Source: Nostoc sp.
GTDB lineage: Bacteria; Cyanobacteriota; Cyanobacteriia; Cyanobacteriales; Nostocaceae
Direction: 5' to 3'
Assembly: GCF_036917575.1 (NCBI RefSeq)
Contig: NZ_JBALDC010000040.1
Span: 83 to 64,082, forward strand
Length of the DNA: 64,000 nucleotides
Part shown: positions 1-10,014 of the stretch, piece by piece
Position numbering within the stretch: position 1 is the stretch's first letter
How the letters are laid out: every line of letters starts with the position of its first letter
Position numbers and translations under genes: made by a program
Notes under the pieces: generated by a model
Database searches by the model: none
Told to the model about the DNA's origin: nothing
What the model saw: only the letters and a program-made list of their open reading frames with translations

Positions 1-72
1 TGGGATGCTCCCGAAGGAATGTATAGTGGGAGCATCCCTTTAATGTATGGTGTCCAGGCATAAGTCGTAAAC

Positions 73-2754
73 TCAAAACTTCCAAGAAATTCTCCCTTCG
101 ACCATCAACGGACTACCGGGAATCACACGTGAAATATCCGCAGCCGTTTCAAAATAATCGATATTAAACAGATTTCGGAAATTAAGCTGTGCCCCGAACT
201 GTCCACCCTTGTAGAACAGAGCCGCATCAGTGCGAAAATAATCTGGCAGTCGAAAACTATTCAATAAATCTCCTTCTCGCTCTCCGACGTAGAACAATCC
301 CAACCCAACCCCAAAGCCTTTCAAGCCGCCCCTTTGAAATTCATAAGTTGTCCACAGGTTAAGGGCATTCTCTGGTGTACTATACAGCCGATTCCCAACG
401 CGATAGGTGTTGTCTTTGGTGATGCGGGCATCGGTGTAACCATAGCCTGCATAGATATTCCATCCCGGCAAAATCTCGCCAGTCAGATTCAATTCAATGC
501 CTCGACTACGCTGCTGACCGGTCTGAATCGAATAATCAGCATGGTTTGGATCCTCTGTTAAAACGTTGTTGAGTACGATATCGTAAAAAGCGAGGGTGGC
601 AGAAAGACTTGTACTCAAATCTGCTTTCACACCAACTTCGTACTGTCTGCCTTGCTGTGGGTCAAATAGGCTGTTATCAAAGGCTCTGCCACCGTTCGGA
701 GCAAAGGAGCGACTATAACTGCCATAAAGCGAAATGGCTTTGTTCGGCTGGTAGACAATGCCAACACGAGGACTAAACGCATCACCTTTTTGGGAATCTG
801 AAGTATCGGCAAGTATATCTGCATTCCTCTGTCTAAAAAGATCAAACCGTCCGCCCAGTAGTAACTTTAAATTCTCGGCAATATTGACTTGATCCTGAAT
901 GTAGATACCAAGTTGATCGGTTAATCTAGTAGAAGAACCCAAATTACTGGGATCATCATTTGGTACAGGAACCCGTGGTGGCAGACGATACACGGGGTTA
1001 AATATGTCAAATGCTGCCGCTTCTCCGAACTCACTGGTATACAGTGGGTATCCACCCTGACTGAGATCGACTCCAAAAAGTAACCGATGTTGAACAGGAC
1101 CAGTTAAGAACTTGCCAATCACATTGGTTGTTAGGTTATAGCTATAATTATCAAAAACTTCAGCTATAATAAGGCGATCTAGGGAACGGTTATCGTCTAG
1201 AATCTCACTGCCCACATATCGAAAACTATTACCACGCACGTAGGAGAATCGAAAGGCGTTGCGGAGCGACCAGTTGTCGCTAAATTGATGCTCCAGATTG
1301 TAACCAAGGCTACTGGTATTGTACTGATAATAGTAATTAGGCTCACCAGTACTTCGGTTGATGGGGATTTTACCATTTTGGTTGGGAAGCACCGTGCCTT
1401 GAGCTGGTAGACCCAAGTTAAACCCATCGACACGCGAATGCCTATATTCTGCGTCTAGAGTTAATTTTGTTCTTTTGCCAATCATCAAACTTACCACCGG
1501 GGCAATCGAATAACTTTTGCTGTTCTGAAAATCGACGAAACTACCCCTGTATTGGTAAAAGGCATTCAAACGATACAACACCGTTTTGGACTCGTTTAAG
1601 GGTCCAGATAAATCTATCGCACCACGGTAAGTGCTGTAGTTGCCAACGGTGGCATCGACCTGATAGAAAGGATCTGGAAGCGGTTTTTTTGTAATCAGGT
1701 TGATTGTGGCACCTGGAGAACCTAGACCAAACAGCACTGATGCTGGGCCCTTTAGAACTTCCACTCGCTCAATATTAGCCAGATCAGCTGATTGAGAACT
1801 GTTGGCATCAAACAAACCATCTCTGAGATAACTACCAGCAAAACCTCGAAGCACAAAGTTGCTTGATTGAAAACCGGGAATCTGTGTAATATTCGCTCCA
1901 CTCACGTTTCTAAGGGCATCTTGAATGGTGGTCGCTTGTTGGTCGCGCAAGACTTGTTGCGGGATTACCTGAATCGATTGCGGAATGTCGCGTAGAGGAG
2001 TGTCAGTTCTGGTAGCAGTTGATCCATCTGTGGCACGGTAATTATCTTGTTCCCCAGTCACCACTAACTCAATCGGCTCATCACCCGAAGCTGATGGTTG
2101 AGTTGGTTGTGTCTGATTCTGTGGCTGACTAGTTTGGTTTGGTTGTGTTTGCGGTTGCTGCTGTGATGACGTGGCAGATGCAGCACTTGCAACAGAGAAA
2201 ATTATCCCCTCATCAGGACTATCAAACAACTCCACAACTGGCAAATTCACTTGGCCTGTAACACTCACCCTGATGGTATTGGCATCAAAGTTTGTCACCG
2301 TGATTTCGCTAACACCCGCTATTGGTTTTTCTGAGCGAAATGTAAACGCATCGCCTGACGGCAGGCGCAGTTGGGCATTCGGAATATCAGTGATAAAGTT
2401 ATTGCCACTGGAGCGATTTACTAGCTGCAACTGTTGACCTTTTGATGTCTGTAAAATCAACTCCACGCCTTTAGAGGTGGGGTTTGCTTTGACAGCTGTA
2501 ACTTGGACAATTTCTGATGTGGGTGTTGGCGACTGCACCAATAACATTCTCGCGCTAGTAAAAACTGGTTCTAGCTCGCTTAATTGCTTAATCCTCCTAT
2601 TTGCATGAGTTGCTGGCAATTTTATCTGGTGTTTCTGATTTTCTTGGTTGTCTGTCAGATTTTGCCTCTTACTAACTTCCTGTGCTAATACAGTCTGTGC
2701 AAAAAATACCGACATCAAAGTAGCCGCCAACAATGACAGTTGCAAATTCCACAT
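73..2754 (-). CDS. TonB-dependent outer-membrane receptor (siderophore/haem type) with N-terminal extension and Q/P/T-rich linker
   Basis: 893-aa ORF with signal peptide MWNLQLSLLAATLMSVFFAQTVLA. Plug-domain motifs are present (IQVIPQQVLRDQQ, ERVEVLKGPASVLFG). A long beta-barrel region ends in the aromatic C-terminus ...RISWKF. Confidence 0.9.
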   Translation of the reverse strand: MWNLQLSLLAATLMSVFFAQTVLAQEVSKRQNLTDNQENQKHQIKLPATHANRRIKQLSELEPVFTSARMLLVQSPTPTSEIVQVTAVKANPTSKGVELILQTSKGQQLQLVNRSSGNNFITDIPNAQLRLPSGDAFTFRSEKPIAGVSEITVTNFDANTIRVSVTGQVNLPVVELFDSPDEGIIFSVASAASATSSQQQPQTQPNQTSQPQNQTQPTQPSASGDEPIELVVTGEQDNYRATDGSTATRTDTPLRDIPQSIQVIPQQVLRDQQATTIQDALRNVSGANITQIPGFQSSNFVLRGFAGSYLRDGLFDANSSQSADLANIERVEVLKGPASVLFGLGSPGATINLITKKPLPDPFYQVDATVGNYSTYRGAIDLSGPLNESKTVLYRLNAFYQYRGSFVDFQNSKSYSIAPVVSLMIGKRTKLTLDAEYRHSRVDGFNLGLPAQGTVLPNQNGKIPINRSTGEPNYYYQYNTSSLGYNLEHQFSDNWSLRNAFRFSYVRGNSFRYVGSEILDDNRSLDRLIIAEVFDNYSYNLTTNVIGKFLTGPVQHRLLFGVDLSQGGYPLYTSEFGEAAAFDIFNPVYRLPPRVPVPNDDPSNLGSSTRLTDQLGIYIQDQVNIAENLKLLLGGRFDLFRQRNADILADTSDSQKGDAFSPRVGIVYQPNKAISLYGSYSRSFAPNGGRAFDNSLFDPQQGRQYEVGVKADLSTSLSATLAFYDIVLNNVLTEDPNHADYSIQTGQQRSRGIELNLTGEILPGWNIYAGYGYTDARITKDNTYRVGNRLYSTPENALNLWTTYEFQRGGLKGFGVGLGLFYVGEREGDLLNSFRLPDYFRTDAALFYKGGQFGAQLNFRNLFNIDYFETAADISRVIPGSPLMVEGRISWKF

Positions 2755-3262
2755 ATTTTCCTCACACCAAAATAAATTAAGCAGGCGTTAGCAACAGAGC
2801 AAATATTTTTGCTTGCTAGTCAAGAAGATTTCTCAACTTGCTCTTGCTAGTACAATACAGGATTTCAGTCCAAAAAATGGCTCCTAAACGGAATTTTTTT
2901 GCGCCTTAATTGGAATTTATGAGGGGGTGACAAGACAGCTAAGAGCTTTGACCTTCTTATAGATAGAGTCTTATTGACAACTGGAGTTTAGTTTAGTCCG
3001 CGGTGCAAAACTCTTTTTGAGTCAAAGTTAACTCTCATTAAGCTCAGTTATTTGAGAACAAGCTATGATTTTTTGTGAATGACTAATAATTCTCCTTTGT
3101 CCCCTTGTCTCCCCTGCTTCCTACCGCTTCACTTAATACCTTATAGCTAAAGCAAAATGCATAATTAGTAAGAGGTGGCAACCTCCTGCGTTGGAGAACT
3201 GTCTCATCTTAAAGTAGTAGATGCCATAATCCAGAGCGTCAATTAGATACTAGTGTGATTAG

Positions 3263-4417
3263 ATGATCGGTATGAAATTCCAACTTTACTTAGGCTCTTT
3301 ATTTTCTCAGATTAAAATACGTTATTGGTGGGTCAGTATCTTTTTGTGGATAGCTTTGGTTGCTCCAGCCCAAGCGTCTGTAATCCTACGTGTGGCAATT
3401 GAGAGGGGCGTTAATCAGGTAAAAGTGGGTAGTTCCACTACTGGGATCGTTAAAGATAGTACTGGCCGGACTCTTGGACAGTTGCCAGCAATGAGTGCAT
3501 ATTATGCTCAAGCCGTTCCTGGCGGAGTTGCTTTAGATAAGTGGCAGTCTGGTTTATTTTGGATTGAGCCAACTGGCAAGGGATTTGTTTATATTGGCGA
3601 TCGCTGGTATCGGGGCAGAACTCTAGTTGTCCCCACAGAAAAAGGCTTAACCGCCGTTAACTGGGTTGACGATCAAGAATATCTCTACAGCGTTCTTGGT
3701 GGCGAAATGGATGCTAGCTGGCCCCAAGAAGCTTTAAAAGCCCAAGCGATCGCAGCCCGCACTTATGCCCTTTACGAACGGGAAAAACAACGAAATAATC
3801 CCGTTTATGATTTAGGTAATACGCCCGATCGCTGGCAAATTTACAAAGGTGTCATTAGTGAATCTCCTGCTACTTACACCGCAGTGGATTCTACTCTAGG
3901 GCAGGTACTAACTTACAAAAACCGAATTATTCTCTCAGTCTTCCACGCTTGTTCTGGCGGACACACTGAAAACGTAGAAGATGTTTGGGGAAGCAGCGAA
4001 CCTTATCTACGTGCTGTTCAAGACTACGATCAAAATATCCGCGAGTGTAATTGGGTGAAAACCTTCTCGCCCAGTGAAATTAGCGTTAAATTTCCTGAGG
4101 TGGGCAGTGTGACGGCGATGATTCCAGAAACATACTCACCTTTTGGCAGTGTTAAAGTTTTAAAAATTGTCGGCAACAAGGGCACGAAGGTGCTACAGGG
4201 CGAGCAAGTACGAACAGCCCTCAAGTTAAAAAGTACCCGCTTTACCGTCACCAAAGGAGGCGATGGTAGTTTTGTACTGCAAGGACTTGGCTACGGTCAT
4301 GCTTTAGGCATGAGTCAGTGGGGGGCGTACAATCTGGCTCGGCAAGGAGTGAACCATTTGCAAATTTTGGGACATTATTATCAAGGTGTAGCCCTAACAC
4401 CGATTCAGGCGAAGTAA
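3263..4417 (+). CDS. SpoIID/LytB-domain protein (peptidoglycan lytic transglycosylase-like)
   Basis: 384-aa ORF with a hydrophobic N-terminus. SpoIID-type segments are present: ALKAQAIAARTYAL, FHACSGGHTENVEDVWG, GHALGMSQWGA. Confidence 0.85.
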   Translation: MIGMKFQLYLGSLFSQIKIRYWWVSIFLWIALVAPAQASVILRVAIERGVNQVKVGSSTTGIVKDSTGRTLGQLPAMSAYYAQAVPGGVALDKWQSGLFWIEPTGKGFVYIGDRWYRGRTLVVPTEKGLTAVNWVDDQEYLYSVLGGEMDASWPQEALKAQAIAARTYALYEREKQRNNPVYDLGNTPDRWQIYKGVISESPATYTAVDSTLGQVLTYKNRIILSVFHACSGGHTENVEDVWGSSEPYLRAVQDYDQNIRECNWVKTFSPSEISVKFPEVGSVTAMIPETYSPFGSVKVLKIVGNKGTKVLQGEQVRTALKLKSTRFTVTKGGDGSFVLQGLGYGHALGMSQWGAYNLARQGVNHLQILGHYYQGVALTPIQAK

Positions 4418-4420
4418 TCA

Positions 4421-4471
4421 GGGATTGGGGATTGGGGATTGGGGATTGGGGATTGGGGATTGGGGATTGGG
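4421..4471. repeat. STRR-type tandem heptamer array (GGGGATT, about 7 copies)
   Basis: Direct reading: gggattggggattggggatt..., followed by a C-rich tract (ccctgccccc ctgcccctct acccctc) up to about 4540. It lies between two convergent genes. Confidence 0.9.
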
Positions 4472-4533
4472 CAAAGGAGTACTGAGTTTATCTCCTTGTC
4501 CCCTGCCCCCCTGCCCCTCTACCCCTCTGCTTC

Positions 4534-5832
4534 CTATTCCCCACTCCCACGTTCTAACCGCCGTTGCCATTCAGCGTCAATTTGTGCAGAACGTTCAACT
4601 TCTTGGTCGAGTAAGTCAGTTTCGCTAGAATACACTAAATCTTCGTTGCCGATGACTTTTTCTGCGGCAAATTGTTGGGCATAGTCAATTTTTTGTTGCA
4701 AAGGTGCATCAGGACTGGCCAATTGCCTTGCTCTGGAAAGCCGTTCGCGGTTGCGATCGCCAAATTGGCGATTACGCCACTGAATCCAGAAATAACGCAA
4801 TAACGGTATGCCTAAAAAACCTGCTCCGTAAGCCAATAGCAGCCAATAAATTCCTTGTACAAAAGCTACCAGTCCACCTAATTGAACAGCAACAGTTCCA
4901 TCCCTCAATAAACTTCCCAGTACTAAAGCACCAACAAAATTTAGTATCCCTAACCCAGCACTCAGCATAATTTGCCCGGAACTTGCAGCGCTAAAACGCC
5001 AGGGAAATTCCTCCAAGTGATCTGATATTGCATGACGGCGCTTTTTAACTGCACTCACCTGCAACTCTGGGAAGTAATAAACAATTTGTCCTTCTGGGCT
5101 TACTCCTGGTTGCCCATTAAATCGCGTCAGAACGGGCAGCATATAATCTTCGTACTCTCTTGTGTATCCCTGACCAATGTCATCCAAATATGGGGCAATT
5201 TGTTCTGCCACCACTGCACCACGGTTACTCCGAATCACCGTAGCAATTTCTTGCCAGCGACGTTCTTCTAAGTTGGCGTTTGGATTACCATCGCCAAACA
5301 AAAACGAAAATACAGCTTCAAAGAAGTTCAGATTGCTTTCTTCCCGGCTTCCACGTTGCGGTTCCTGGTAGTGGGTGTCATAATTTGGGCTAAGATACCA
5401 AAATAAATTTGGAAAATAGAAGAACCCGCCACCGCCGGAATTACTGCCCCGATTGTCGCCGTTACGGTCTGAATTAGCAGCAGTAATGATAATAAAGATA
5501 GTAATAGTTATCAGGGCGATGGAAACAGTTAAGAAAATTCCAAAAGAAATGCGAATCAGGTAAAACAGAACACTCCAGACCTTTTTCCACCATTCCTGCA
5601 ATCGTAAACGGAAGTATTTATTACGCAAAATTGCTCGAAAATTTTGTGGAAAAAGGAAAATTATATCACCGGAATCCGCTACCTGTAAATGTCCGCCAGC
5701 ATCAGATGCCAGGGCTAACAAACTTTGATTAGCTTCAGCGACGTTCAATCCTGCCTGAGTTGCCACATCACCAACGGTAACACGGTAGCCCAGTTGTTCC
5801 ACAGCTTGCATGATGGTGGGACTGGGAGCCAT
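4534..5832 (-). CDS. conserved multi-pass membrane protein of unknown function
   Basis: 432-aa ORF with a soluble N-terminal domain (MAPSPTIMQAVEQLGYRVTVGDVATQAGL...). It has a hydrophobic segment after WWKKVW and two more near the C-terminal third. The C-terminus is acidic/basic. Confidence 0.7.
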   Translation of the reverse strand: MAPSPTIMQAVEQLGYRVTVGDVATQAGLNVAEANQSLLALASDAGGHLQVADSGDIIFLFPQNFRAILRNKYFRLRLQEWWKKVWSVLFYLIRISFGIFLTVSIALITITIFIIITAANSDRNGDNRGSNSGGGGFFYFPNLFWYLSPNYDTHYQEPQRGSREESNLNFFEAVFSFLFGDGNPNANLEERRWQEIATVIRSNRGAVVAEQIAPYLDDIGQGYTREYEDYMLPVLTRFNGQPGVSPEGQIVYYFPELQVSAVKKRRHAISDHLEEFPWRFSAASSGQIMLSAGLGILNFVGALVLGSLLRDGTVAVQLGGLVAFVQGIYWLLLAYGAGFLGIPLLRYFWIQWRNRQFGDRNRERLSRARQLASPDAPLQQKIDYAQQFAAEKVIGNEDLVYSSETDLLDQEVERSAQIDAEWQRRLERGSGE

Positions 5833-6171
5833 TGCTCTCCCCTCCTGTTAAAACTTATTCCCTTTTCTTAAGTATAAAGTTTTATTTTGAGTGACTTAGC
5901 AGGGATGATATGAGGTAACAATTCAAAATTCAAAATTGTTTGCACAGCATTTGGTAGAGAAGAGAGTTTTAGACTTTAATTTCAACTCCCACTCTAGCTT
6001 CCTTCCCACAGAGTAGCTGAGTAAAGTCGGAACCACTAAACTTTCCCAAACTACGTGTTGACGTTCGGTCTGAAACCTTGAATTGACTACACAATCAACA
6101 ATAGTCTGACACGCAAAATGATATAATTACTTGCCTTGGCTTGATTAAATCAGCAAATTTTCTGCTCAAAT

Positions 6172-6651
6172 ATGGTTCAATACACTCTCGCTCAAAGCCC
6201 AGAAATTATCCTTACTGTTTCTGGAAAAGATTCAGCTAAAGCCCGTGATAAAGCAATGGATCAGCTAATGGAACTGATGGATGCAGGTAAGCTACCCACG
6301 GAACTGGAAGAAGGATTTGGCCCTCAACAATTAATTGAGGTAAAAGAGTCAACTATTGATACTGCTAATGGTGAGGATACAATTACACAAGCTGTCCAGA
6401 TTCTGAGTAACTTGGCAACGCTCAAGCTGAAAGTTCAGGAATCACGATCTGAAGCGTTGGAAATTCGCAAAGCTATTGATATTCTGTTCACTGATGAGTC
6501 GGTGACTGAAGAGGAAATTACTCGACTCAAGGAAGGTTTTAAAGTTCTCAAAAATTTTGCTCAAGCAAATGTGCGTTACCAAGAAGCGCGGTCTAAAGCA
6601 GAACTAGCCAGGCAAACTCTAGATCAAGCTCTCAAATCCTCTGACAAGTAA
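6172..6651 (+). CDS. hypothetical acidic, helical (coiled-coil-like) protein
   Basis: 159-aa ORF that fills an otherwise empty interval. The composition is E/K/L-rich. No family was recognised. Confidence 0.5.
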   Translation: MVQYTLAQSPEIILTVSGKDSAKARDKAMDQLMELMDAGKLPTELEEGFGPQQLIEVKESTIDTANGEDTITQAVQILSNLATLKLKVQESRSEALEIRKAIDILFTDESVTEEEITRLKEGFKVLKNFAQANVRYQEARSKAELARQTLDQALKSSDK

Positions 6652-6696
6652 CGTTTACAGGATTATATGCACTGAGATACATCTTAAAAATGCAAT

Positions 6697-6737
6697 TAAA
6701 AAATCTAGAATGCAATTTGAAAAACCTGCATTCTAGA
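6697..6737 (-). terminator. intrinsic terminator hairpin downstream of tRNA-Gln (also faces the convergent + strand gene)
   Basis: An 11-bp stem pairs tctagaatgca (6704-6714) with tgcattctaga (6727-6737). A-run 6698-6703 becomes a U-tract on the minus strand. Confidence 0.55.
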
Positions 6738-6741
6738 TTAA

Positions 6742-6813
6742 CTGGGGCGCTAGGATTCGAACCCAGGGATGGCGAGACCAAAACCCGCTGCCTTACCACT
6801 TGGCGACGCCCCA
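6742..6813 (-). tRNA. tRNA-Gln (anticodon UUG)
   Basis: Reverse complement: TGGGGCGTCGCCAAGTGGTAAGGCAGCGGGTTTTGGTCTCGCCATCCCTGGGTTCGAATCCTAGCGCCCCAG. It folds as a cloverleaf with anticodon loop tTTTGGt and T-loop GTTCGAATC. Confidence 0.9.
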
Positions 6814-7069
6814 ACAATTTCACTATGCTTAGTATAACACTTAGTCTTGGGTTAATGTCAAGTACTTTAATAGTTGATTTCAGATAATGGGTTTTTACAG
6901 CAGGACATTGATGAGTCGGAATCTTTACATTTAGAATCTTTGATCATTTTGTTGAGGTTGACTCCTTGATTTTTGATGCTTAAGGCATAAAATTCTTTCC
7001 TTGGCATCTAAAATCTGCTTTACTTGATGGGTAAACGCCTTAGATGTCGTCTCACCTATTTCTTGTTCT

Positions 7070-7915
7070 TTACTCCCCAGTCTCGTGAAGGAAAACTGCT
7101 GCAATCCGACTTGATGATAATAGTTGTTTAGTAGCTAGCCATATAAAAAGTGGAATAGTCTTTGCATAGCGGCCGCAAAGTCGGCGCGGTTCTTGAATCC
7201 ATCGATATAGCCATTCAAGTCCTAAGTCTCGAACTATGCGGGGTGCCCGCTTATGAATTCCGGCATAAACTGGGAAAACTCCACCCAGTCCAATCATTAC
7301 AGCTTGTATTTTGCCCTTATGTTGAGCTATCCAATTTTCTTGTTTGGGACATCCCAGAGAAACTAAAACAGCGTTAGCACCACTAGAGTTAATCTTTTTA
7401 ACCAAAGTTTCGTCTTCAATTTCCGTTAGAGGACGAAAGGGTAGAGGTTCCATCGCCGCAATCTTTATCTGCGGAAATTCTTTCTCTAATCTGTTTTGCA
7501 TCCTAGACAGAATTTCTGTTTGGGAACCTACAAAGAAAATGCTTAGATTTTGTGTTTGAGTTCGCTGACACAATGCCAAAAAAATATCCATCCCTGCCAC
7601 ACGGTCTTGGCAAAATGCTCCCATTTTTCGCATCATCCATACCAGAGGCATACCATCAGGAGTAACTATATCTGCATTTCGCAATATGGTGGCAAACTCT
7701 GGATTCCAATGGGCTTCAATAAGCATGTGTACATTGGCTACATACACAGTTTTGCTTTCACGCCTACTTGCCCACTTCAGTATTGTTTGTATCTGCTGGT
7801 CAAACCGTAAAGCAGTAATAGGAAAATCAAGCACTTTTTTAGTAGGTAGAAGCACTCTCGCCACCATCAATAACTCCTGTATCCAAGAAAACAATTCATA
7901 GATTACCCAAACCAA
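7070..7915 (-). CDS. WecG/TagA/CpsF-family glycosyltransferase
   Basis: Motifs VANVHMLIEA, DIVTPDGMPLVW, SLGCPKQENWI, GLGGVFPVYAG and LEWLYRWIQEPRR are present. The true start is probably the internal Met at about 7867 (MVARVLLPTKK...). Confidence 0.85.
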   Translation of the reverse strand: MVWVIYELFSWIQELLMVARVLLPTKKVLDFPITALRFDQQIQTILKWASRRESKTVYVANVHMLIEAHWNPEFATILRNADIVTPDGMPLVWMMRKMGAFCQDRVAGMDIFLALCQRTQTQNLSIFFVGSQTEILSRMQNRLEKEFPQIKIAAMEPLPFRPLTEIEDETLVKKINSSGANAVLVSLGCPKQENWIAQHKGKIQAVMIGLGGVFPVYAGIHKRAPRIVRDLGLEWLYRWIQEPRRLCGRYAKTIPLFIWLATKQLLSSSRIAAVFLHETGE

Positions 7916-8417
7916 TCCAAATTATTTAATAATTCGGATTGGATGACTCCTGACTTTTTGTAGGCTTGTGTCATTGTTGGAAGTTAACACGTGGAGGTGC
8001 AATTGGCTTTTAGTATACTTTTAGCTTAATCGGTAATACTAGAATTATTTGCTGCTGTGTCTTAGCTTACTGTTTTATGTTAAGGATTTTAGACATTGCT
8101 TGACAAAATTCATACTTCCTTCATAATTGATTTTTAGTTAGTTCATCCAAGCATTACAATTGCAATAAATTCCTAGATAAATGCTGTATATTAAGTAGTA
8201 TATAGTACTTAGCTTCTTAAGTAAGAAAGTAAAATGCTAGTTATTTAGTCTGCTGATTTTATACGTAAATATGCGCTTAAGAGCTTGAATTAAAATTAGT
8301 ATATGTTAAAGAACGGCTAATAACTTTTGATTACAATTTACAAATTTATGACAGATTTAATTTAATCTCTGTACTGATGAAAAATCTCTAGATTTTATTT
8401 TTCTCTGAAATAAAAGC

Positions 8418-8452
8418 CCAAAAAATAAGGGAAAGATAAATTTATCTTTCCC
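8418..8452 (-). terminator. strong intrinsic terminator about 195 nt downstream of tRNA-Leu
   Basis: Perfect 24-nt palindrome gggaaagataaatttatctttccc (8429-8452). On the minus strand it is followed by ttattttttg. Confidence 0.6.
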
Positions 8453-8645
8453 TGCTCTCTCGTTTTTGTTATTGTCTGGCTTGTTACTTTCTTTAAGTTT
8501 TTGGCGTAACATTTGCCTTTGCTTTTTCAGTTGACGCTTCCTAGCAGAACCGCCTCTACCTTTATCATTTCTGCCTTCTTTACGGGGAGATTCCCATCTT
8601 TTCAGGCGCATAAATTTTTTACCTCTTTAGCAACTTGTTTAGTAG

Positions 8646-8729
8646 TGGGCAGGAGGAGAATCGAACTCCTATGACCGTAAGGCCGCCACATTTTGAGTGT
8701 GGTGCGTCTACCAATTCCGCCACCCGCCC
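8646..8729 (-). tRNA. tRNA-Leu (anticodon CAA), class II with long variable arm
   Basis: Reverse complement: GGGCGGGTGGCGGAATTGGTAGACGCACCACACTCAAAATGTGGCGGCCTTACGGTCATAGGAGTTCGATTCTCCTCCTGCCCA. The anticodon stem is CCACA/TGTGG with loop CTCAAAA. Confidence 0.9.
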
Positions 8730-8835
8730 TTATATCTAATCTTAACTAGTATACACTAAATTAAGAGATTTTGTAACAAGTATGAAAATTATTTCTCAAA
8801 GTTTTGCTGGAATAATAGTTTTCAGAATCTCCAGC

Positions 8836-10014
8836 TTAAAGGCGTGGCAGGTTCAATAAACTAGGGTCAATATCCTGTATTTTGGCACAGCCGCTAAGGG
8901 CCATTCCTACATTTAACTCATCTTGCAGCAGTGAAATGATATGAGATACGCCGATTTGTCCGGCTACCGCTAGTCCCCATAAAATAGGTCGTCCGATCAG
9001 TACTGCTTTTGCTCCTAATGCCAGAGCTTTGAGAATGTCTGTGCCTCTACGAATGCCTCCATCCAACACGACTTCTACTTTACCATCGACTGCGGCTACT
9101 ATTTCAGTCAGGGCATCTAAAGAAGCGATCGCACCATCAAGTTGTCTGCCACCATGATTGGAAACAACAATTGCTTTGGCTCCATATTCTACAGCCCGCA
9201 CAGCATCATCTGGGCGTAAAACTCCTTTGATGACTAAAGGTAGCCCAGATAATGACTGCAACCATTCTAAATCGTCCCAAGTGACTGCTGGGTTGAGCTG
9301 TTGGGCAAAATAGGTAAATAACCCAGATTCACCTTTTTCATGGGAAATATCTAGCCCTGAGATGCTCGCAAGATTAGCCAGATGTAAGTCTTGCGGTAAG
9401 GCAAACTCATTACGTCTATCTCTCTCGCGCTGTCCGAGAACGGGTGCATCTACAGTGAGACAAAGTGCTTTGTAGCCTGCTTTATCAGCTTTTTCTACCA
9501 AAGCGCGAGTTAATCCCCGATCTTTATGGATATAAAGCTGGAACCATCGTAGAGAATCTGGAAACTGATTACACGCAGTCGCCACTTCTTCAATGCTCTT
9601 TGTTGCCATTGTACTTAACACCATGCCCACACCAGCTGATGCAGCAGCTAAAGCTGTGGCAACTTCTCCGTCTGGATGGGCTAGACATTGAAAAGCCATC
9701 GGTGCAATTAACATAGGTAGTTGCAGGGGTTCTCCTAAAATGGAAGTACTTAGATTGCGATCGCTCACATCGACTAATATCCGAGGTCGCAGCTTGACTC
9801 GCTCAAAAGCAGCACGATTATCTCGCAATGTGATTTCGTCCCAAGCACCACTGCTGTAGTAATCAAGTGTCGTTTGAGACAAATGTTTTTTTGCTAGCTG
9901 TTCGTACTCAAAAAGGTTGATGGGTTGAAAGCGATCGTCTGTAGATAAGTAGGTAGACATAATTAAATCTAAGATAAAACTTTTGTTCGTAGTCAGCGAT
10001 TTATCGCTCTGCAT
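8836..10014 (-). CDS. FMN-dependent alpha-hydroxy-acid oxidase (L-lactate/glycolate oxidase family)
   Basis: Family motifs are present: WFQLY, SNHGGRQLD, VLDGGIRRGTDILKALALGA. The likely true start is Met19 (MSTYLSTDD, about 9960). Confidence 0.9.
   Translation of the reverse strand: MQSDKSLTTNKSFILDLIMSTYLSTDDRFQPINLFEYEQLAKKHLSQTTLDYYSSGAWDEITLRDNRAAFERVKLRPRILVDVSDRNLSTSILGEPLQLPMLIAPMAFQCLAHPDGEVATALAAASAGVGMVLSTMATKSIEEVATACNQFPDSLRWFQLYIHKDRGLTRALVEKADKAGYKALCLTVDAPVLGQRERDRRNEFALPQDLHLANLASISGLDISHEKGESGLFTYFAQQLNPAVTWDDLEWLQSLSGLPLVIKGVLRPDDAVRAVEYGAKAIVVSNHGGRQLDGAIASLDALTEIVAAVDGKVEVVLDGGIRRGTDILKALALGAKAVLIGRPILWGLAVAGQIGVSHIISLLQDELNVGMALSGCAKIQDIDPSLLNLPRL

Noticed and set aside
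2755-3262. Fur/FurA box upstream of the TonB-dependent receptor
   Set aside because: Only vague AT-rich similarity was found (for example tgaatgactaataattctc at about 3078). I cannot support a site without a matrix scan.
4425-4684. Track ORFs 4425..4628 and 4439..4684 (MGIGDWGLGIGDWGLG...)
   Set aside because: They are translations of the GGGGATT heptamer array and the C-rich tract. They overlap the 3' end of the convergent 4534-5832 gene and show no independent coding signal.
8357-8611. 84-aa highly basic ORF downstream of tRNA-Leu
   Set aside because: A perfect intrinsic terminator (8418-8452) lies inside it. The composition is extreme and the C-terminal third is AT-rich read-through. It is kept only as an open question in the findings.
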